Source: a virus. From it: a DNA stretch of 64,000 nt. The notes below the pieces were generated by a model. It was given only the letters and a program-made list of their open reading frames with translations. It ran no database searches and was not told the DNA's origin. Positions 1 to 8,772 of the stretch are shown here, piece by piece (the first letter of the stretch is position 1; each line of letters opens with the position of its first letter). The position numbers were made by a program, and so were the translations under genes. The stretch spans positions 12,407 through 76,406 of the IMG/VR virus record IMGVR_UViG_3300044811_000054; one strand, written 5' to 3'.

Positions 1-909
1 GACGCCGAGCAGGGCACTCGAAGTCATCTGCTCGTCCAGCCAGCGCAGAAACTCCTGCGTCGGCGGCAGTGACCCGGTGATACCCAGGATCTTCATGGAG
101 AAGCCCGGCGGTGTTGCGGCGCCTGCGGCGATGCCAGCCCGGGACGCCGACGCCAGCTGCTGCGCCTCGGACATCTGGGTGGGTGTCGGGTTCGTGCCGG
201 GCAGGGCCTCCATGACCGGGACTCCGGCGCTCCACCGCACGTTGGCGATGGCGTAGGCCCGGCGCACCTCCTCCTTGATCAGCCAGGAAGCGTACGAGGA
301 ACGCAGCAGCGAATGACCAGCCCAGTTGGAGCCCTCACGTTCCCGCACGTAGAACGCCATGTTCTTTGCCAGGATCTGCGGTGACTTGTCGTTCCAGGCG
401 CCGTCCTGGGTGACCCCGACCAGCGTGCCCGTCTTGCCGTCGACGTGCAGGTGGTTGATGGTCCACTGCGGGCGTTCCCACAGCCCGGACAACTGGGCTG
501 TCTTGCCGTCGGAGGTGTCCGCCTGGAGTTCGAACGCCGAGAAGCCGAACGGCACTGCCCGCAGCGCTGCGGCCAGATGGTCGCCCCAGGACACGCCACG
601 CAGCCGGGTCGGCCCCGGCTTGTCCTTGCCCTGTACGGCGAGACCCATACCGTCGGCGACGAGTTTGACCACCGACGGTCGGCAGCCGGACGGGTCTAAC
701 TGCCATTGGGCGCGGCGCAGGTTCAACGTCCACGATTGGATGACCGCGGCCAGCTTCGGGTCGCGGCGCATGCGGGCGTAGACCGGGATCGACAGCGGGA
801 ACGTCAGGTCCGGGACGTGCTCGAGGATGTCCAGGTACAGCGACGCGTACTGGCTACTGCCCAGCATGTGCGGGTCGACGTAGCCCTTGGTGGTCGTGGG
901 GGCAGTCAC
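1..909 (-). CDS. Phage portal protein (DUF935/Mu gp29-like), 3' end outside window
   Basis: Manually translated open frame from GTG 909 (MTAPTTTKGYVDPH...YARMRRDPKLAAVIQS...PFGFSAFE...GSNWAGHSLLRSSYASWLIK); directly downstream of TerL. Confidence 0.8.
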   Translation of the reverse strand, partial: MTAPTTTKGYVDPHMLGSSQYASLYLDILEHVPDLTFPLSIPVYARMRRDPKLAAVIQSWTLNLRRAQWQLDPSGCRPSVVKLVADGMGLAVQGKDKPGPTRLRGVSWGDHLAAALRAVPFGFSAFELQADTSDGKTAQLSGLWERPQWTINHLHVDGKTGTLVGVTQDGAWNDKSPQILAKNMAFYVREREGSNWAGHSLLRSSYASWLIKEEVRRAYAIANVRWSAGVPVMEALPGTNPTPTQMSEAQQLASASRAGIAAGAATPPGFSMKILGITGSLPPTQEFLRWLDEQMTSSALLGV

Positions 910-928
910 GGCTGACCCCCGCTCACGG

Positions 929-2241
929 CTACATGGCGGCGCTGGCCAAGTCCAGATCGGTGGAGCCGGAGCCGTACGGCACCTGGACACCCATCGGGCG
1001 GCGCCACGTGCCCTCGGTGGTCTTGATGCCGTAGCGAACCGCGTCCAAACCGTGGTCGTCGACCTTGATCGGGGCGTCCACGCCGCGCATAGCCTTCTTC
1101 TCGTCCCACGAGTAGCCGGGGAACTCGTCGATCAGGTGCTTGCAGGACCGGTGAACCTTGAGCTTCCCGGCGCCGAGAACGCTGGACACCAGACGGATAC
1201 CGTCGGCCACCGCGTTGTCGGCAGGCGTCGGTGTCATCCGGTCGCGCCACAACTGCTCGATGAACGAGGCCGCCGACGGGTCGACGACGATCGCCTCCGG
1301 CGTGACCCCAGCGACGTGGTGTCCCGGCTGCCGGTACTCGGCCAGCCACCGCTTCAGCTCCGCGGAGTACTCGGCGTCCGTCATCGACCGGCGGGTGTCG
1401 CGCGCGCTGTGCCGCCACTCCGACGCGACGTAGATCGTCTGCGAGGCGTCGATTCCGAGCAGAAGGGCGTGGAGCGGGTTAGACGTTCCATAATCTACCG
1501 ACGCGCAGATCCACCGCCAGATCGGCGGGAGCAGGTCGATGACGTGGCGGTCCGGGTCCCACATGTCGTAGACGGCGCCCTCGGCCGAAACCCACAGGCC
1601 AAGGACCATGCGCTTGAACCACATGCCGGTGAACTCGGCCTTGATGGCGGCCAGGTACTCGGGAGCGAGTGACGGGTTGTCGTCTAGCGTGAAGTGGAAG
1701 TGCGCCAGGTCAAGCTCGCCGGCACGCTGAATGAACTCCTTGCGAAGCCAGTGCGCAGGCCCATCGGGGTTGGTTGTCAAAAGAAGGCGTGCACCGGGAA
1801 CGGAGAGTCGCGCCAGGAACTGCGTGAAGAACGCTTTCGGGACAAGAGTGGCCTCATCGATCATCCCTAGACAGGCGGTCAAGCCTCGAAGGCGACCCTC
1901 GCTGCGGGCATCGTTGGCGCCGATGAGGTGCACCGTGCGACCGAGGATGGTCGCAACGTTCGATCCCCGCGTGTGCTGCACCGTGTCGGCAACGGCGCCG
2001 AACAGGGCCAAGTCCTGAAGTGGATCGAGCAGGTTACGTTCGATCGTCTGAAGCGTCCTGCCCGCAACGATAATGAGCCCCGAACGGGGCGCCTCCCTGA
2101 GGGCCAGAACAAAGGCAATCAGGGAGGCGATTGTTTTCCCGAGCGGACAGCTCCACTCCAAAGCGAAATTCGGCTATGCCGCGACTGGACGATCGAAGCG
2201 ATCTGCTTCGCTGAGAGCGCGAGCGAGGGGGTCGGGTTCAT
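929..2241 (-). CDS. terL: Terminase large subunit (PBSX-like), joined by a -1 frame transition at 2140-2134; about 437 aa; start codon uncertain
   Basis: 0-frame from ATG 2241 gives LSAKQIASI...WSGAVRSGK; -1 frame continues GKTIAS..., Walker B MIDEAT, motif TTNP, nuclease motifs VDYG, VDPSA, DDHGLDAVRY. Confidence 0.9.
2090..2154 (-). promoter_or_regulatory. Putative programmed -1 frameshift cassette
   Basis: mRNA sense: GGAG (2154-2151), 10 nt, G GGA AAA (2140-2134) in the correct phase, 4 nt, then perfect 11-bp stem CGCCUCCCUGA/UCAGGGAGGCG (2129-2119 with 2100-2090). Confidence 0.6.
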
Positions 2242-2914
2242 ACGGCCATGCATCCGACTTGCTGCGGTTGCAGGTGCTGCACGATGGCCGCAAATTCGCA
2301 GGCCAGTTCGAGCCGCCTCCAGCGAGCGGCTTGACGTGATCCGTGTCGGTTGCCGGGGCTCCGCACATCCAACACCGCCCGCCGTAGTAGTCCCACCGGG
2401 CCGCGCCCTGGACGGCGGTCGACTTTCCCGGCGCGTTCTTGATCCGGGCGTAACGAGCAGCGTTCTGGGCGCGGATCTGGTGCCGCAAGCGCTCAGGGTT
2501 GTTCTTCCGCCACGCACGCTTGATCTCGTTCGCGCGCTCCTTGTCTATGGAACGGTAGTAGCGGCGCTTGTTGGCTTTGATCCGGTCTCGCACGCCTGGC
2601 TGGTCGATCCACGCTTTCCGCGCGACCGCGCGGGCAACCCTGCTCTCGGTCCGCCGCCGAATCGTGCAGGCTATGCAAACACCGTCGAAGCCAGTCTTTG
2701 TTGCCCGATTGCGGTAGAAGCCGTCGGGCTCCTTGTAGGTCTCGCAGCGGGAGCACCAGAGCTGACCATCTTCGCGACGGTCGTCCCGGCACGGGTGGTC
2801 AGGCTGAACATCTCCGTGGCGCCGCCGTCGCATGTCGTGCATGCCGCAAAGCTCGCGGCTCTTGACCTTGACGGGTCGCGTGCATTCCTGCACACAGCAG
2901 GTATCGTCGGGCAT
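2174..2914 (-). CDS. HNH homing endonuclease with N-terminal zinc fingers
   Basis: C-terminal CWMCG...DHVKPLAGGGSNWPANLRPSCSTCNRSK; lies between terS and terL and overlaps the terL 5' end. Confidence 0.9.
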   Translation of the reverse strand: MPDDTCCVQECTRPVKVKSRELCGMHDMRRRRHGDVQPDHPCRDDRREDGQLWCSRCETYKEPDGFYRNRATKTGFDGVCIACTIRRRTESRVARAVARKAWIDQPGVRDRIKANKRRYYRSIDKERANEIKRAWRKNNPERLRHQIRAQNAARYARIKNAPGKSTAVQGAARWDYYGGRCWMCGAPATDTDHVKPLAGGGSNWPANLRPSCSTCNRSKSDAWPYEPDPLARALSEADRFDRPVAA

Positions 2915-2990
2915 GTCGGACCCCTCGCATGGGTTCGGCCATAGCCCGGGGCGAGGTGCAACTCGTCGCCGGGCCCTTACATTTCTATTC
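2914..2990 (+). ncRNA. Putative two-hairpin antisense RNA over the HNH ribosome-binding site
   Basis: -10-like TATCGT at 2902-2907; hairpin over the RBS; second hairpin GCCCGG-GGCGAG-GTGCAA-CTCGTC-CCGGGC; T-rich tail. Confidence 0.35.
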
Positions 2991-3516
2991 TATCGGAATC
3001 GGCGCTTTTATCCGATGCGCCACCGAGTGATTCGTAGGCAGTCTGCAGGCCGTTTGCGACTGCATCGAGTAGAGACGAAGCCGCGTCGCTGCTCGCTGAG
3101 TCATGTCGCTCGAGTACCAAGTGCTTGTCGATCGCGGTCGCCGCCGACACCATCAGATTCTTCAAGTCGCCGGTCGGTGGCTTCTTGAGCAGATGTTCCT
3201 CGTAGGTGTTGTCCTTGCCGCCGAAGTTGAATACCAAGTGCGGCTCGTCCATCTGATCAAGAAGTTCGTTGGTCTTGTCGAGGAACCGGCGAGCGGTCGA
3301 CACGCGAAGGGCTTTGCTGTCGATGGCTGCCGCGCGCGTAGCGTTTTCGGTCTGTAGCCGACTAAACGCGTCGACGACGCCTGCCCGCTTGGCGATGTTT
3401 CCGACAGTCTGCGGGTTGACCCCATGATCACGAGCTATCTGCGCGCGACCCTTGGTCCCGGCTTTGATGTCGGCGAGGATCGCCGCGCGCTTGTCGTCGG
3501 GGAGGCGGGGCGGCAC
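2977..3516 (-). CDS. terS: Terminase small subunit (N-terminal HTH)
   Basis: HTH GRAQIARDHGVNPQTVGNIAK; position upstream of TerL. Confidence 0.75.
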   Translation of the reverse strand: MPPRLPDDKRAAILADIKAGTKGRAQIARDHGVNPQTVGNIAKRAGVVDAFSRLQTENATRAAAIDSKALRVSTARRFLDKTNELLDQMDEPHLVFNFGGKDNTYEEHLLKKPPTGDLKNLMVSAATAIDKHLVLERHDSASSDAASSLLDAVANGLQTAYESLGGASDKSADSDRIEM

Positions 3517-3652
3517 ACGCTCTCACCCCGATCCTCACTCTAGGTCATGATTGTTGCTGTAGACCCGGGTTGAAGATCACTAACGCTTACTCTCCGTAGA
3601 CGGCGCGGGCCGCGGCGTTCGCAGCAGCACGGCCCGTACGCCATCCACGGAG

Positions 3653-4069
3653 TTACGCGGTCGGCTCGTCGCCCACCGGGGCCGTCTCGACCGGAGTCGT
3701 CGGCTCGACGGGTGCTGCGACTGGCTCGAAACCGTCGTCGGCGGTGTCCGCCGCGGTCTTCATGTCGTCGAGCGACGTGGAGATCTGGTCTGCGAGTGCC
3801 TGCATCTCCGGGGTGACGGTGCCGCTGTTGGCGAGGGCGTCGGCCAACTGCTGCTGCAGGTCAGCGATCTGCCCGTCGAGGCGGTTGATGCCGTTGTGCA
3901 GGTTCAGGAAGGACGCCTGCTGGGCGGCGGACGCCTCGGAGGTCTGGGTGACGAGGCCGTTGAGGACGGTGAGCCAGTCGGACATGGTCGACTCCAATCG
4001 GGGCAGGGCGTCCGTGCCGAGGTAGCTGCGGACGCCGGTTCGGATGTGCTCGCGGAGCTGGTCGAACAT
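3653..4069 (-). CDS. Coiled-coil hypothetical protein
   Basis: GC3-rich ORF with heptad-like helix and acidic Pro-rich tail. Confidence 0.7.
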   Translation of the reverse strand: MFDQLREHIRTGVRSYLGTDALPRLESTMSDWLTVLNGLVTQTSEASAAQQASFLNLHNGINRLDGQIADLQQQLADALANSGTVTPEMQALADQISTSLDDMKTAADTADDGFEPVAAPVEPTTPVETAPVGDEPTA

Positions 4070-4333
4070 GCGACTGGCCTTCCGCTCAGGGATTCGTTCG
4101 GGTGCCGCAGCGCTCGACGAGGCGGCATGTGAGCGCCTTCAAGTCGGCGGTGAGCGCTTCGGGGGCGTAGTGACTGTTCCCGGCCACGACAAGGTGCCCG
4201 AGGCTGCAGACGGTGAGCGGGCGTTCAGCCGTACCTGCACCGACCAGGAGGCCGAGGCTGAAGGCGAGGGTCGGGTTGAGGATCTCCACGCTGCCTCGCC
4301 TTCGCGCTTCACGGGGACTGCCCCCGGAAATGC

Positions 4334-4365
4334 AAAAGGCCCGCCGAGCGGCAGCTCAGGCGGGC
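4334..4365 (-). terminator. Intrinsic terminator in the putative late-operon leader
   Basis: GCCCGCC...GGCGGGC stem followed by CTTTT on the minus strand, upstream of the packaging genes. Confidence 0.6.
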
Positions 4366-4411
4366 GATCAAGACAGCGGTACTAGCGCGAAACATATGCG
4401 CAAAACACAGT

Positions 4412-4837
4412 TCACCGCAAGTCTCGAGCCCGGGTGTGTTGCGCGCGCCGCACGATCGCCGCAGCCTCCAAGACTCGTCCGGCGAGGTAGGTGCGTTCCC
4501 GTCCGCGCTTCTTGAACCGAGGCAGCAGCGGCTTGTCCCGGTCGGTGGGGTGCTTCGCGCACGCCCATTTGCGGATGGTGTCCGGGTGGACCCGGACAAG
4601 TTCGGCGGCCTCAGCGGTGGTGAGTTCCCGGTCCGGGTCGACGATGTCGGGTTTCTCCAGCATCCAGTCCTCGCCGAAGCTGACCGCGGTGTCGTCGAGG
4701 ATGTCGCAGGCGCCGACGTCGAGCGCCCTGAGCCGGGCCCGGTACATCCCGGCGACCTTCCGGGCCCGGTCCAGGGCGGTGTCCAGCGGGTACGGCCAGA
4801 GCGATCTGCGGTCTTGTCTGTCGAGGTCAGGGTTCAT
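4412..4837 (-). CDS. HTH_17/MerR-like DNA-binding protein, possible late regulator
   Basis: ELTTAEAAELVRVHPDTIRKW motif; last early gene. Confidence 0.7.
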   Translation of the reverse strand: MNPDLDRQDRRSLWPYPLDTALDRARKVAGMYRARLRALDVGACDILDDTAVSFGEDWMLEKPDIVDPDRELTTAEAAELVRVHPDTIRKWACAKHPTDRDKPLLPRFKKRGRERTYLAGRVLEAAAIVRRAQHTRARDLR

Positions 4838-5631
4838 GCGGCGATCCGGACGAGGGTGTCGGGCCAGAGCAGGCCGGTCATGTAGATCTCGTAGTCCGGG
4901 TATGGGCGGGTGGCGTGGCAGCGGTCGCAGCCGACCTGCATCGGGTCTTCAAACCGGAGCGGTTCACTGCGAAGCAGGGGCCCGTCGACGCCCTGGACAG
5001 GCTTGGCCTTGCACGCCCAGCACTCACCGGGAATCCAGAACGTGCGTCGGGTGCGCCCCAGGGTGGACTTCGCCCGGCCGTGCAGGCCGGCGATCTGCAG
5101 GACCGCCTCCCAGCCGGCTACGTCGACCGGGTCGTCCTCGACGCCGGTGGGGCAGACGGCGGTGGCGGGTATCAGCGACAGTGCCCGTAGGTGTGGGCCG
5201 AGGATGCCAACCGCGCGTTGCAGTTGGGCGCCGCCGCGCATCTTCGCCGGGGGCGGGGGCCTGCTGAGGGTGGTGTGCCAGTCGGCGATCGGGGCGAGCA
5301 CTGACGGGTCGGACAGATGTGCGGCGACCCGGACCTCGTACTCCCAGGTGGTGGCGACGTGCACCATTTCGGCTTGGAGGGCTTCGACGTGGGCGACCAG
5401 CAGCATCTGCTTCTCTTTGCTGCCGGCGGTCTTCTCGGTGATGGCCTGCGACATGGCCGCTTCGTGGAGTTGGGCGAGGTCGAGGTAGTCGTAGACCAGG
5501 GAGCGGGTGTCGCGTCCGGCGTCGTCGAGGCAGGCCGGGCAGAGCGGCTCGGTGGTCGGGCGGGCGTGTTTGCCGACCGGGTCGTACGCCTTGCAGCGGG
5601 TTTCGCTGAGACAGGTCCGCGTGTCGTCCAT
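4834..5631 (-). CDS. Zinc-ribbon protein, possible late transcription regulator
   Basis: CxxC pairs (LCPAC, ECWAC, GCDRC); position typical of actinophage late regulators. Confidence 0.55.
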   Translation of the reverse strand: MDDTRTCLSETRCKAYDPVGKHARPTTEPLCPACLDDAGRDTRSLVYDYLDLAQLHEAAMSQAITEKTAGSKEKQMLLVAHVEALQAEMVHVATTWEYEVRVAAHLSDPSVLAPIADWHTTLSRPPPPAKMRGGAQLQRAVGILGPHLRALSLIPATAVCPTGVEDDPVDVAGWEAVLQIAGLHGRAKSTLGRTRRTFWIPGECWACKAKPVQGVDGPLLRSEPLRFEDPMQVGCDRCHATRPYPDYEIYMTGLLWPDTLVRIAA

Positions 5632-5710
5632 TGGTGCACCCCATTCGCGCAGCTAGCGGCTATCCTCGCTGGTGCGCGACAGGTGGCAGGTTCTAGCAAG
5701 GGTGCTAGTG

Positions 5711-5742
5711 GACGGCGTCGGGATGCGAGTTCCGACGCCGTC
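5711..5742. terminator. Intergenic hairpin or terminator
   Basis: GACGGCGTCGG/CCGACGCCGTC inverted repeat. Confidence 0.5.
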
Positions 5743-5745
5743 TCG

Positions 5746-6834
5746 CTATCTGCGGCGGGGGTTGATCTGCCGGGGTGCCCGCTGGCGCTGTTCAGGTCCG
5801 GTGTTGCGGTTCCGGCGGGCTTCGATCGCGGCGAGCATCGGCGTGTCGGGTTCGGGATGCGGTTGGGGGAAGCGGCGAGCGGCGTCCCGATTGAACGCTT
5901 CGAAGGCGGGCCGCATGGTGCGGCCGAGTTCCTCCAAAGCGTCGCCGATCCGCTCGCCGAGGCGACTGAAGGCCAAACCCGGACTCTGCTCGGCGAGGAG
6001 TCGGGCACGCTCCCGTAACGCCGCCCCCGACTGGGCGACGACGAGCGCATCCAGGAGTGGCACGCCCTCGGGTGCATCAAGTTCGATCTCGTAGTGGGTG
6101 ATCAGCCCGCCGTCGGCGCGGGAGAGACGGAACGCGCCATAGCGGTTGTCCGGTGTCATCGTGACCGGGCCGCGGTCGGCTTCGGGCGAGGCGACGAACA
6201 CTGAGCCGGATAGCCGCGGGTCCACTCCTCCCGAGCGGGCCAGCCTCTCGGCGTAGTAGTGCGCTGTGGCGTTGTCCACGGCTCCGGAGAGCCAGGACGG
6301 GAACGACGGGTTGCTTACCAACAGCATCTCCGCGTCGGTCAGCCGCCAGTCCTCGTCGTCGCCGAGCGCGTCCGCCCACGGGTCGACTTCGACGTGCCGG
6401 CTGTTGCCGAGTTCCCGTTCGAGGCGCTCCCAGGTGCCTGACACCTGCCGCTGCACTTCGTCCGGGCTTCCCGCCGGGTCGATGTCGGCGCCGACGAAGC
6501 GGTGCCCGTCGTCGAGGCGTAGGTGCCAACGGCTGGTTCCTGCGCGCCGAAAAAGGGTGACGTTGTGAACGCCGTCGTAGCCGAAGTTCTCCATGCCTGC
6601 GGGTGGCTCGACCGGATCGAGGCCGGTGTCGTCGACCCCGGTGACGAGGTCGGGCCGCCAGCGCATCGGGGTGGCGTATTCGCCGAACTCCCGCTGGTCG
6701 GTGTGGACGGAGACGTGGTTGGGTTCGCAGTCGTAGGAGCAGTACGCGGAGCCGTCGCGGGGTTCGGCGCCACACGGGCACAGCCCATCAACGAGCCGGT
6801 CGATTTGGTCGAGCAGTTCCACGTTCACCCCCAT
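5746..6834 (-). CDS. Hypothetical protein with N-terminal Cys cluster
   Basis: Long GC3-rich ORF; CPCG...YCSYDC. Confidence 0.7.
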   Translation of the reverse strand: MGVNVELLDQIDRLVDGLCPCGAEPRDGSAYCSYDCEPNHVSVHTDQREFGEYATPMRWRPDLVTGVDDTGLDPVEPPAGMENFGYDGVHNVTLFRRAGTSRWHLRLDDGHRFVGADIDPAGSPDEVQRQVSGTWERLERELGNSRHVEVDPWADALGDDEDWRLTDAEMLLVSNPSFPSWLSGAVDNATAHYYAERLARSGGVDPRLSGSVFVASPEADRGPVTMTPDNRYGAFRLSRADGGLITHYEIELDAPEGVPLLDALVVAQSGAALRERARLLAEQSPGLAFSRLGERIGDALEELGRTMRPAFEAFNRDAARRFPQPHPEPDTPMLAAIEARRNRNTGPEQRQRAPRQINPRRR

Positions 6835-6885
6835 CCGATCAGTATATCCGCAGGTCAGGCTACATGCGAGCCTGCCACTTCCGGG

Positions 6886-7080
6886 TCAGGCCGGGTCGAA
6901 TTCCCCGGCTCGCACACCGTTGACGAACTCGGCCCATTCGTTGCGGTCGAAGGTCAGGAAGTTTCCGCCTTCGCCACCCTTGGAGTCGCGGACGAGGAAC
7001 TGGCCGTCGGCCTGGGCGACTTCGACGCAGGCGCCGTTGCCGCAAAAACTGGACTTGTACCAGTCGGTGGGGGGTTTCAC
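6886..7080 (-). CDS. DUF397 (BldB-like) protein
   Basis: WYKSSFCGNGACVEVA...VRDSK...LTF...W..FV.GVRAGEF signature. Confidence 0.9.
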   Translation of the reverse strand: MKPPTDWYKSSFCGNGACVEVAQADGQFLVRDSKGGEGGNFLTFDRNEWAEFVNGVRAGEFDPA

Positions 7081-7434
7081 GGGCTCAGCCTGCCATATAG
7101 CTGATCGGCTACCGATCCATCGGGCGCATGACCCGCCGAACCAGCTGAGAGCGCCTGTGGCGGGTCAGACGTACCGGTGTGCCCGTCGGGCCCTTCTGGA
7201 AGCTCCACGTAGCACTGGAGGCCGCGCGCGGTGGGTTGGGCGCTGTCCTCGGCGAGCGCGTGGCAGCCGGGGTGCTGGCAACGGCAGTGGGCGCCGCAAA
7301 ATTTGCACTGAGCCGGGATCTTGGTGCCCGCTGCCCCCGTGTACGCCTTGCAGTAGTCGTGCAGCCCGTGCAGGCAGGCCGTGGACAGGTAGCCGTCCGG
7401 GTGCGCGTCCGGGCTGCGCCTCGGAGCTTCATGG

Positions 7435-7650
7435 TCAGCAGTGGTCCCAGCCATCACAATGATCCTCCGGTTCGTCGTTCAGCAGGTCGAGCAGGTCGGG
7501 CCCGTCCTGGCTGGTGTCGTGCGTGCGGCCCGTCAAGCCGAGCAGTTCCGCACAGCTGCGCCCATGGCCTCTGATCACTCGGTCGATGCGGGTCGGTGTG
7601 TGACACCGCTCGCAGGGCCTCGTCGGTGGCGCGGCCGGGCGGGGGAACAC
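7435..7650 (-). CDS. Small Cys protein, DUF6011-like
   Basis: CERC...RGHGRSCA pattern. Confidence 0.45.
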   Translation of the reverse strand: MFPRPAAPPTRPCERCHTPTRIDRVIRGHGRSCAELLGLTGRTHDTSQDGPDLLDLLNDEPEDHCDGWDHC

Positions 7651-8169
7651 TCAGGCGGCCTTGCGCTCGGGTCGCCGCAGCGTCGTGGTCCGCGCCTCAG
7701 GGTTGATGTGGATGATCGGCATGCCCTGCGCCGTCGCCTTCCGCACGGCCGAGGCGGTCCCGCCGTCGGTCTTGCCCGGCAGGAGAACCGCAATCGCGGC
7801 AGCGCTGACCCGGATCATCCCGTCGTTGCGGGCGTGCAGCAGCTTCACGCCGAAGTCAGGGCCGTAGGTGGTCGTCTTCACGGCGAGCCCGAGCAGCCGC
7901 TGCCACTCCGCCCGGTCCTCGGCACGCCAGCGGTCGGGTTGCTGCGGGAACGGCACGTGTGCCCAGAGCGGGATGCCGTTGGTGATGAGTGCGTCCGCCC
8001 ACCACAGGTCAGCGCCGATCGCCATCCCGGAGACCCCGCAGGCCATGCCGTGCTCGGTCTTGAGCTTCACGGCGAGGCGGGCGAGCTCCGAGCGGACCCA
8101 GCCGTGGACGTCCGGGGCGAGATGCTGCGGGCGGTGGCCGGTCACCATCACCGTAGGCCAAACGGTCAC
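7651..8169 (-). CDS. SLOG superfamily protein (YspA/DUF1273-like)
   Basis: VTGHRP, SGMAIGAD, ARND.M, GGTA..VRKA motifs. Confidence 0.85.
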   Translation of the reverse strand: MTVWPTVMVTGHRPQHLAPDVHGWVRSELARLAVKLKTEHGMACGVSGMAIGADLWWADALITNGIPLWAHVPFPQQPDRWRAEDRAEWQRLLGLAVKTTTYGPDFGVKLLHARNDGMIRVSAAAIAVLLPGKTDGGTASAVRKATAQGMPIIHINPEARTTTLRRPERKAA

Positions 8170-8384
8170 GGCCGCACCTCCACCGTGAACAGCGACCCGT
8201 CCGGCCGGTCCAGGACGATGAGTTGGCGCTTCTCGACCGACAGCAGGGCTGCGTACACCTCCAGCGCCCGGTTCACCGCGTCAGTCCGGCCGACGCCCAG
8301 CTCGGCTGCGATCAGGTCGAGCGCGGACATTGCCTGCGGGTGAGCGAAGAGGGTCAACCGGGTCGGGGTGCCGTCGGTAGTCAT
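8166..8384 (-). CDS. Ribbon-helix-helix protein
   Basis: RLTL...ALDLIAAELGVGRTDAVNRAL. Confidence 0.6.
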   Translation of the reverse strand: MTTDGTPTRLTLFAHPQAMSALDLIAAELGVGRTDAVNRALEVYAALLSVEKRQLIVLDRPDGSLFTVEVRP

Positions 8385-8665
8385 CCGCGCACCAGCGACA
8401 TGACGACGTGCTCACCGAGTTCCAGTCCGAACAGGGTGCCGGCGGCAACGAAGCCGACCTTGCGGAACGCTTCCCGGCCGGTGTATCGCTTCGTCGAACA
8501 GTGGTCGTCAGCGCACTCGTCGTGGTCGCCGGTCGGGTCGTACTCGCGCAGTTGCAGGACGTCACCCGTCTGGAAGCCGCGGTCGTTGCGGCGGATCTCG
8601 AACGTCTTCGTGCCGTCCTCGATGCGCTCGAAGTAGCCGGGCCAGGTCTTCAGCTCGTGCAGCAT
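8381..8665 (-). CDS. DUF3850/ASCH-PUA domain protein
   Basis: HELKTWPGYF...GTKTFEIRRNDRGFQTGDVL.LREY. Confidence 0.85.
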   Translation of the reverse strand: MLHELKTWPGYFERIEDGTKTFEIRRNDRGFQTGDVLQLREYDPTGDHDECADDHCSTKRYTGREAFRKVGFVAAGTLFGLELGEHVVMSLVRG

Positions 8666-8772
8666 GGTCACTCCTTGATCGATTGGCTTGGGTTCGGACG
8701 GGCGGTGCGGTAGAACCAGGGGCGCGGGGACCTGAGTGCTGGAATCATTAAGGTCCCCGCCCCTCAGGTGGA

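Noticed and set aside
697-699. TTA codon in the portal gene as bldA-type control
   Set aside because: TTA also occurs in unrelated small genes (e.g. 52803) and the host is not shown to be Streptomyces
2134-2176. HNH-TerL fusion by readthrough of TAG 2176-2174, or TerL starting at TTG 2161
   Set aside because: That frame reads LEWSCPLGKT and loses the GAVRSGKT Walker A and upstream adenine-binding segment found in the other frame
2174-2976. Group I intron or intein in terL
   Set aside because: No terL coding sequence upstream of the HNH, no intein termini and no recognisable intron core
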